Shown here one piece after another: positions 53,801-64,000 of a stretch of DNA of 64,000 nt. Origin of the DNA: Nemertoderma westbladi (Eukaryota > Animalia > Xenacoelomorpha); the NCBI GenBank assembly GCA_032718475.1, contig JAUCBJ010004402.1:14674-78673 (forward strand), given 5' to 3'. Made by a program: the position numbers and the translations under genes. The notes beneath the pieces were generated by a model. The model did not search any database, was not told the origin of the DNA, and was given only the letters and a program-made list of their open reading frames with translations. Numbering within the stretch: the stretch's first letter is position 1; every line of letters begins with the position of its first letter.

Positions 53801-56800
53801 ATGTAACAACGGAACAACCTCTGTTAATAATGTAACAACGGAACAACCTCGGTTAATAATGTAACAACGGAACAACCCTTGGTTAATAATGTAACAACGG
53901 AACAACCCTCGGTTAATAATGTAACAACGGAACAACCTCGGTTAATAATGTAACAACGGAACAACCCTTGGTTAATAATATAACAACGGAACAACCCTCG
54001 GTTAATAATGTAACAACGGAACAACCTCGGTTAATAATGTAACAACGGAACAACCTCGGTTAATAATGTAACAACGGAACAACCTCTGTTAATAATGTAA
54101 CAACGGAACAACCTCGGTTAATAATGTAACAACGGAACAACCCTCGGTTAATAACGGAACAACCCTCGGTTAATAATGGAACAACGGAACAACCCTCGGT
54201 TAATAATGGAACAACGGAACAACCTCGGTTAATAATGTAACAACGGAACAACCCTCGGTTAATAATGGAACAACGGAACAACCCTCGGTTAATAATGGAA
54301 CAACGGAACAACCTCGGTTAATAATGTAACAACGGAACAACCCTCGGTTAATAATGGAACAACGGAACAACCCTCGGTTAATAACGGAACAACCCTCGGT
54401 TAATAATGGAACAACGGAACAACCCTCGGTTAATAATGGAACAACGGAACAACCTCGGTTAATAATGTAACAACGGAACAACCCTCGGTTAATAATGGAA
54501 CAACGGAACAACCCTCGGTTAATAATGGAACAACGGAACAACCTCGGTTAATAATGTAACAACGGAACAACCCTCGGTTAATAATGGAACAACGGAACAA
54601 CCTCGGTTAATAATGTAACAACGGAACAACCTCGGTTAATAATGGAACAACGGAACAACCTCGGTTAATAATGTAACAAACCTCGGTTAATAATGTAACA
54701 ACCCTCGGTTAATAAATGTAACAACGGAACAACCCTCGGTTAATAATGTAACAACGAAACAACCTCGGTTAATAATGTAACAACGGAACAACCCTCGGTT
54801 AATAATGTAACAACGGAACAACCTTCGGTTAATAATGTAACAATGGAACAACCTCGGTTAATAATGTATCAACGGAACAACCTTCGGTTAATAATGTAAC
54901 AATGGAACAACCTCGGTTAATAATGTATCAACGGAACAACCTCGGTTAATAATGTAACAACGGAACAACCCTCGGTTAATAATGTAACAACTGAACAACC
55001 TCGGTTAATAATGTAACAACTGAACAACCTCGGTTAATAATGTAACAACGAAACAACCCTCGGTTAATAATGTAAAAACGGAACAACCTCGGTTAATAAT
55101 ATAACAACGGAACAACCCTCGGTTAATAATGTAACAACGGAACAACCCTCGGTTAATAATGTAACAACGGAACAACCCTCGGTTAATAATGTAACAACGG
55201 AACAACCTCGGTTAATAATGTAACAACGGAACAACCCTCGGTTAATAATATAACAACGGAACAACCTTCGGTTAATAATGTAACAATGGAACAACCTCGG
55301 TTAATAATGTATCAACGGAACAACCTCGGTTAATAATGTAACAACGGAACAACCTCGGTTAATAATATAACAACGGAACAACCCTCGGTTAATAATGTAA
55401 CAACGGAACAACCCTCGGTTAATAATGTAACAACGGAACAACCCTCGGTTAATAATGTAACAACGGAACAACCATGGTTAATAATATAACAACGGAACAA
55501 CCTTCGGTTAATAATGTAACAATGGAACAACCTCGGTTAATAATGTATCAACGGAACAACCTCGGTTAATAATGTAACAACGGAACAACCTCGGTTAATA
55601 ATGTAACAACGGAACAACTTTCGGTTAATAATATAACAACGGAACAACCCTCGCGGTTAATTATGTAACAACGGAACAACCCTCGGTTAATAATGTAACA
55701 ACGGAACAACCCTCGGTTAATAATGTAACAACGGAACAACCTCGGTTAATAATGTAACAACGAAACAACCTCGGTTAATAATGCAACAACGGAACAACCC
55801 TCGGTTAATAATGTAACAACGAAACAACCTCGGTTAATAATGCAACAACGGAACAACCTCGGTTAATAATGTAAAAACGGAACAGCTCGGTTAATAATGT
55901 AACAACGGAACAACTTTCGGTTAATAATATAACAACGGAACAACCCGCGGTTAATAATGTAACAACGGAACAACCCTCGGTTAATAATGTAACAACGGAA
56001 CAACTTTCGGTTAATAATATAACAACGGAACAACCCGCGGTTAATAATGTAACAACGGAACAACCCTCGGTTAATAATGTAACAACGGAACAACCTCGGT
56101 TAATAATGTAACAACGGAACAACCATGGTTAATAATATAACAACGGAACAACTTTCGGTTAATAATATAACAACGGAACAACCCGCGGTTAATAATGTAA
56201 CAACGGAACAACCCTCGGTTAATAATGTAACAACGGAACAACTTTCGGTTAATAATATAACAACGGAACAACCCGCGGTTAATAATGTAACAACGGAACA
56301 ACCCTCGGTTAATAATATAACAACGGAACAACCCTCGCGGTTAATTATGTAACAACGGAACAACCCTCGGTTAATAATGTAACAACGGAACAACCCTCGG
56401 TTAATAATGTAACAACGGAACAACCTCGGTTAATAATGTAACAACGGAACAACCCTCGGTTAATAATGTAACAACGGAACAACCCTCGGTTAATAATGTA
56501 ACAACGGAACAACCTCGGTTAATAATGTAACAACGGAACAACCCTCGGTTAATAATATAACAACGGAACAACCCGCGGTTAATAATGTAACAACGGAACA
56601 ACCCTCGGTTAATAATGTAACAACGGAACAACCTCGGTTAATAATGTAACAACGGAACAACCATGGTTAATAATATAACAACGGAACAACTTTCGGTTAA
56701 TAATATAACAACGGAACAACCCGCGGTTAATAATGTAACAACGGAACAACCCTCGGTTAATAATATAACAACGGAACAACCCTCGCGGTTAATTATGTAA

Positions 56801-59363
56801 CAACGGAACAGCTCGGTTAATAATGTAACAACGGAACAACTTTCGGTTAATAATATAACAACGGAACAACCCGCGGTTAATAATGTAACAACGGAACAAC
56901 CCTCGGTTAATAATGTAACAACGGAACAACTTTCGGTTAATAATATAACAACGGAACAACCCGCGGTTAATAATGTAACAACGGAACAACCCTCGGTTAA
57001 TAATGTAACAACGGAACAACCTCGGTTAATAATGTAACAACGGAACAACCATGGTTAATAATATAACAACGGAACAACTTTCGGTTAATAATATAACAAC
57101 GGAACAACCCGCGGTTAATAATGTAACAACGGAACAACCCTCGGTTAATAATGTAACAACGGAACAACTTTCGGTTAATAATATAACAACGGAACAACCC
57201 TCGCGGTTAATAATGTAACAACGGAACAACCCTCGGTTAATAATGTAACAACGGAACAACCCTCGGTTAATAATGTAACAACGGAACAACCCTCGGTTAA
57301 TAATATAACAACGGAACAACCCTGCGGTTAATAATGTAACAACGGAACAACCCTCGGTTAATAATGTAACAACGGAACAACCCTCGGTTAATAATGTAAC
57401 AACGGAACAACCTCGGTTAATAATGTAACAACGGAACAACCCTCGGTTAATAATGTAACAACGGAACAACCCTCGGTTAATAATGTAACAACGGAACAAC
57501 CTCGGTTAATAATGTAACAACGGAACAACCCTCGGTTAATAATATAACAACGGAACAACCCTCGGTTAATAATGTAACAACGGAACAACCCTCGGTTAAT
57601 AATGTAACAACGGAACAACCTCGGTTAATAATGTAACAACGGAACAACCTTCGGTTAATAATATAACAACGGAACAACCCGCGGTTAATAATGTAACAAC
57701 GGAACAACCCTCGGTTAATAATGTAACAACGGAACAACCCTCGGTTAATAATGTAACAACGGAACAACCCTCGGTTAATAATGTAACAACGGAACAACCC
57801 TCGGTTAATAATGTAACAACGGAACAACCCTCGGTTAATAATGTAACAACGGAACAACCCTCGGTTAATAATGTAACAACGGAACAACCCTCGGTTAATA
57901 ATGTAACAACGGAACAACCCTCGGTTAATAATGTAACAACGGAACAACCCTCGGTTAATAATGTAACAACGGAACAACCTCGGTTAATAATGTAACAACG
58001 GAACAACCATGGTTAATAATATAACAACGGAACAACTTTCGGTTAATAATATAACAACGGAACAACCCGCGGTTAATAATGTAACAACGGAACAACCCTC
58101 GGTTAATAATGTAACAACGGAACAACTTTCGGTTAATAATATAACAACGGAACAACCCGCGGTTAATAATGTAACAACGGAACAACCCTCGGTTAATAAT
58201 GTAACAACGGAACAACCCTCGGTTAATAATGTAACAACGGAACACCTCGGTTAATAATGTAACAACGGAACAACCCTCGGTTAATAATGTAACAACGGAA
58301 CAACCCTCGGTTAATAATGTAACAACGGAACAACCCTCGGTTAATAATGTAACAACGGAACAACCTCGGTTAATAATATAACAACGGAACAACCCGCGGT
58401 TAATAATGTAACAACGGAACAACCCTCGGTTAATAATGTAACAACGGAACAACCTCGGTTAATAATGTAACAACGGAACAACCCTCGGTTAATAATGTAA
58501 CAACGGAACAACCCTCGGTTAATAATGTAACAACGGAACAACCTCGGTTAATAATGTAACAACGGAACAACCCTCGGTTAATAATGTAACAACGGAACAA
58601 CCCTCGGTTAATAATGTAACAACGGAACAACCTCGGTTAATAATGTAACAACGGAACAACCTCGGTTAATAATGTAACAACGGAACAACCTCGGTTAATA
58701 ATGTAACAACGGAACAACCCTCGGTTAATAATGTAACAACGGAACAACCTCGGTTAATAATGTAACAACGGAACAACCTTCGGTTAATAATATAACAACG
58801 GAACAACCCTCGGTTAATAATGTAACAACGGAACAACCTCGGTTAATAATGTAACAACGGAACAACCTCGGTTAATAATGTAACAACGGAACAACCTTCG
58901 GTTAATAATATAACAACGGAACAACCCTCGGTTAATAATGTAACAACGGAACAACCTCGGTTAATAATGTAACAACGGAACAACCCTCGGTTAATAATGT
59001 AACAACGGAACAACCTCAGTTAATAATGTAACAACGGAACAACCTCTGTTAATAATGTAACAACGGAACAACCCTCGGTTAATAATGTAACAACGGAACA
59101 ACCCTCGGTTAATAATGTAACAACGGAACAACCTTCGGTTAATAAATGTAACAACCCTCGGTTAATAATGTAACAACGGAACGACCTCGGTTAATAAATG
59201 TAACAACCCTCGGTTAATAATGTAACAACGGAACAACCTCGGTTAATAAATGTAACAACCCTCGGTTAATAATGTAACAACGGAACGACCTCGGTTAATA
59301 AATGTAACAACCCTCGGTTAATAATGTAACAACGGAACAACCTCGGTTAATAAATGTAACAAC
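23821..59363. repeat. 29/30-bp satellite array (GGTTAATAATGTAACAACGGAACAACC[C]TC)n, about 35 kb, roughly 1,200 monomers
   Basis: Head-to-tail monomers in a single orientation from 24137 to 59363, plus a short outlier at 23821-23883. Higher-order periods of about 918, 2160, 2754 and 1806 bp. Confidence 0.98.
23884..24136. repeat. LTR-like dispersed repeat, copy 2 (internally deleted and truncated), interrupting the edge of the 30-bp satellite
   Basis: TGTAAGCGGATT...TTTTACCAATATAGTTGGCGATG.GAGATTACCAATAATAATCT is shared with copy 1. Satellite monomers lie on both sides (23821-23883 and from 24137). Confidence 0.7.
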
Positions 59364-59421
59364 TCTATATTTACGACTTCGTTTAGAACCAAGTGAATGA
59401 AACGATTTTGATTAAACGAAC

Positions 59422-59547
59422 CTGTTTGTTTGCGAATACAAGGAGGACAGCTTCACGTAGTTCATCTTCACCCAACATTCTCATGAGTTCTTCCCTGGCT
59501 TCAGCTACTCGCTCTCTGTCGTTACTATCAACTACAAATATCAACCC
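59422..59547 (-). CDS. ARF1: ARF1-like coding exon 3 (aa 87-128)
   Basis: Acceptor CATCTTCACAG|GGG. Translates [42 protein letters not shown]. Donor CAG|GTTCGT. Not in the ORF track. Confidence 0.96.
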
Positions 59548-59689
59548 CTGTGAAGATGGTCAAAAAACATTAATAAGTTAAAGACATTATTATTATGTTA
59601 TGAATACCCCTAGTCCCCTACTGATATCCCCCGCCCCCGGGTAGGTAAAGTTCAGCACCTTCTGGTTTAATTCAACTGCAAGGCTATTA

Positions 59690-61664
59690 TACACCATCCC
59701 ATGGAACATAGTGTCGTAATTTCGATGACATACCCCCCCCCCCCCCCCCCCCCCCCCAAATTCTACAAATCTTAATGAGATTGCATGGAATTTGAAATAG
59801 AGATAGTTTCACCTCCCTCCTCCTCCGTGGGTGAGCCAGAAATTTTATTTTTGCTTTCATTCTTAAGCTACAAGCGTTTAAAAAATTGTCTCCGTTGATA
59901 TTGCAATCAGAGATTGATATCGGAATTGATTTAAGGCACAGAGTGTCAACTACATAAATCTCAAATAAAAAATGGACAATATAGAAACTTAAAAGTATCA
60001 AAACATATTTGGGAATGTGCGGCAGGTCTTGAAATCCAATTCACCAATTCCTTTTTATAAAATGAGAAATGGTTCTACAGCTGTTGCGAGACGAGTGAAA
60101 GAAGATGCCTTAATTAAGAGATATAAACCCACCCTCAATTGTTGATTCTGGATGAATTACATTATATTATGTAACAAAGGGTCCCCAGGGCATTAAACAG
60201 TTGGTGAACTGTTGCTTAATACTACTGTAGGCCTAGAAAAGTTTATCAACCTGTGATTCTTGTACTAACACCACGAACTCTATTTATTTTGTTAGCTTAT
60301 TTTATTTATTGCCTGAAGATAACTTTTAGTTTGAAATGCATTGCAATTTTAACATAATATTTTATTTATATTAATTTTGAGAACTTTATATATTGAATTA
60401 AAATTTTAACTGAATCTTAGGAACTTTTTATTTGTGGCTATATATATATATATATAGTAATTTGTATTCTCCCATATATAGTAATTTGATAGTAGCTGGC
60501 CGTGCATGGATTCCAAATATGTAAAAAGATTTAAATTTGGTTGGGAAGCTAAGATATGGACATTCGAATGTTGCATGTATTTGATACTGCTGCAGGCCAT
60601 TTATTTATTATATTTAATAATACACCATGTTCAAGACCATTTTGTTTAGGTATGAATATCCATGTGGGCGTGGGGCGAGCCACGCAGTCAGGGCGAGCCT
60701 TAGCGCACGATTATAATTAGTATATAGGGTAAAATTTCATGTCCGTCTGTATGTCGGTAATGATAAATCCATTCGTAAATAACCTTTGAAGATTTTAACC
60801 ATTTCCAAACAAATTTTGTATGGCATACCGAAAACTGGGGTGACTTGATACACATTTTTGATGTTTTTGTACATAACTTGAAAAGTAAATGAGATGGTGG
60901 GCAGATTTAATGTGATAATGATAGAAGAAAACTTCCTCTATTTTATTATATGCCACTACACTGAAAAACTTAAACTAAAAAAGAGTCATTAGATTACTAT
61001 AGTTATCTAATGACACTTTATTTAGTTTAAGCACTGTCATTAGAGAAAAAGTTCCAATATTTTTCAAAGTTACGGGTAAATAACTCTCGAACTTTTGACT
61101 CCATATCAATTCGAACTTGTTTCGAACTTGCTCAAGTTCGTGTGATGCGCGACGCCCTCGAACGTGTACTAGTATTAGGCCTATTATATAGGCATTGCAT
61201 TGTTGCCAAGGTACTTATGAGATTAACAAAATGTTCCAGAATATTGTTTATTTATTAAATAGAATAAATGGCGTGCAGCGTTTGCAAATACATGCAACTG
61301 TTGAACGCCCATATCTCCGCTATTTTCTAACCAAATTCAAATATTTTTACATTTTTGGAATCCTTGCAAGGACAGCTTTCTCTTTGCTAGGCCTATCAAC
61401 GAATAAATTGAATAACTGCAGTACGACTGGCTCAATATCGATGGTGATACTTTTTCAAATGTAGCGAAAGAATGAAAGCAAAAATAAAAATGCAGGCTCA
61501 CCCAGGAAGGAGGAGGGAGGTGAAACTATCTCTGTTTCAAATTCCATGCCATCTCATTAAGATTTGTAAACAAATTTTTTTTTTTTTGGGGGGGGGGGGG
61601 GGGGGTGGGGTTGGGGGGAGTCCATGTCACTGAATTACGATACGACATTCCAAGGCATGGTGCA
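59690..61664. mobile_element. Element (or inverted pair of copies) with diverged terminal inverted repeats of about 180-210 bp, spanning most of ARF1 intron 2
   Basis: 59690-59900 (TACACCAT...polyC...ACAAATCTTAATGAGAT...GAGATAGTTTCACCTCCCTCCTCCT...TTTTATTTTTGCTTTCATTCTT) is the reverse complement of about 61430-61664 (AAGAATGAAAGCAAAAATAAAA...polyG...ATGGTGCA). Confidence 0.75.
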
Positions 61665-61667
61665 TTA

Positions 61668-61949
<282 letters not shown>

Positions 61950-63470
61950 TTATAGGCCATATACTGGTATTTGGTCCGCGGACCCATTGTCATTTAAATG
62001 AGCAGGGTAGTAAAGGAGCATGTTACAGAGGAGTGTTGGTGGAACCAAAACAATAAACATTGAATTCTCTGCATTTGCAGTATTCCAGTACCCCAGTCCA
62101 CGGACCACAAGCCAGTATAATGTCGTTTTATATAGGCCTAGCATAGGTAATATAATATATACCGGACCGGTATCTCCTACTATTATCTTACGGGTGATGC
62201 TGCAGGTACCGGTAACACAGAATTAATGGGAAACTTAAGGTCCGATTATATATGTCAGTACTCAGTAGTTCAAATTCAAATCAAGTTGTTTTCATAATCT
62301 TCACTGTTTTTAAAAACTGTTTTCAAAGTTTTTAAATTAAACGGACAGAAAAAATGTAGAAAATTTAAATTTTGTTTAGGAAACCAAAACATTTTGCTCA
62401 ATGGCGAATGAATTAAGAAAGTGAAAAGTAGGCATGCAATACACTGCTGCATTGCTTGTTTTCTACTTTATCCAAACGTACCGGTACTGTAGGTCTACAC
62501 CCTGTAATCATAATAATTATTCATAAATATCATTGAAAAATTCAACTAATTAGGCCTAATTTGATACAGCTTTGGTAAACTAAAGCCATTTATTGGGAAG
62601 GAATACTCCGCCTTTTATTGATGGTCAGGTCACAGTAGAAAGGAAAGGAGTTAAGTAACAGAGTAAAGCTGCGATATGATTCAGTTATTATAAGTTACCA
62701 GTATATAGTAATATAGGCAGTAGGTCCAGCATGGGTGGTCCAAAAAAAACTTGTTTCGAATTTCAACTCTGTTCGCACATCAGATGTCATCAAATGGCCC
62801 CAAACTTCGATAGATACCAAAGTTTTGATTTGGGGATGACTGGAAATATTCCCACAGGCAGGCACCACATGGCAAGTTCCCGCCCTTGGCACAAGTAATT
62901 CATATTCCCCATTTTTGTGATGATCAATTTCTAGTATTCGTACTGCATTGATATTATGATCATTAGAACCGCAATGATCGATTTAGTTGGTGTAGACACC
63001 TTCAAAACAAGCATAGAGCGAATAGTGTTTGAGATATTGCAGAAAATGTGAAGTCCGGCACCGGTACAAGTCAACATTAGCGCCTTATGCGATATTATAT
63101 ATATTTATATTATATATTATAACATATGCGATATTGACAAATACACTAAAAATTATACTTATAATTATAGCAAGGCATCCAGAATTCACATATAACTGCA
63201 AAAAAATTATCAATTTAGGGGATGTTGACACTCTAAAATTATGAGTTGAGTCATTAGTTCTCGATTTATTGTAATAAATATCAAGGCAAGGTCCACCAAT
63301 TGACGACCTTATATTGATTTGACGCAGTCCTGACAATTTGTACAATAACTCGAGAACTAATCACTCAACTCATATTTTTAGATGACTGAAATTCATAATT
63401 ATTATAAATATGAAAAACCCTAAGCGAAATATACCAGTACCGGTAGGCAATAGGCCTATAGATAGGCCTA

Positions 63471-63695
<225 letters not shown>

Positions 63696-64000
63696 TTACC
63701 CAAACCACAAACAAATTACGGAATTAAATACCGGTAGCGGTAATACAGTAGGCCTAATAGGCTAGGCAGATCTGCAGATAGCTTGATTCTGGATAGGACT
63801 ACCAAATTCAAATAGCAGAATAGCGGGTAGGTAGGGCCTAGCGTACCGTGTGCGTGTACCGTACTGAAATACCGGTACCAGAATATAGACAGATCAGCAG
63901 ATAGAGCCTTGCAGATGAAGAATACATGTAATGTGATGTACATGGAATGTTGCTGTATATAGCAGTCGGGGAGAAGTTCAAATTTCAACTGAGTTGAAAT

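Larger units (their letters stand above)
15099..59421 (-). other. ARF1: ARF1 intron 3, 44,323 bp, filled with satellite DNA
   Basis: Donor CAG|GTTCGT at 59421 and acceptor TTTAG|GAT at 15099. No other candidate exon 4 was seen in between. Confidence 0.9.

Noticed and set aside
24345-58630. More than 100 short ORFs (FRCYIINRGL, CSVVTLLTEG, EQPSVNNVTT repeats; mucin-like appearance)
   Set aside because: They are translations of the 29/30-bp satellite, and the 29-bp units shift the frame constantly.
24137-59363. CRISPR-like array (repeat length about 30 bp)
   Set aside because: The units are head-to-tail with no unique spacers, there are no cas genes, and the context is a eukaryotic intron.

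Overview
AT-rich eukaryotic genomic DNA, probably from an invertebrate animal (species not identifiable from the sequence). The main gene is a complete four-exon class I ADP-ribosylation factor (ARF1-like, 181 aa) on the minus strand, with exons at 63632-63485, 61831-61722, 59547-59422 and 15098-14937. The ORF track misses exons 3 and 4. Its third intron is 44.3 kb long and almost entirely repeats: about 35 kb of a 29/30-bp satellite with layered higher-order structure, and about 4.5 kb of a 12-bp satellite split by a 5'-truncated LINE reverse transcriptase. Downstream of ARF1 are a TA-flanked MITE and a non-autonomous BEL/Pao LTR retrotransposon. The BEL element has an intact gag and a pol with in-frame internal deletions. 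Beyond it lie a long RNA hairpin and an unannotated, decayed zinc-knuckle ORF that runs off the window start. TA-framed palindromes (TAGGCCTA, TACCGGTA, TACWGTA) are strikingly frequent and look like transposon excision footprints. Nearly all ORF-track entries between 15.2 and 58.7 kb are translations of tandem repeats, not genes.
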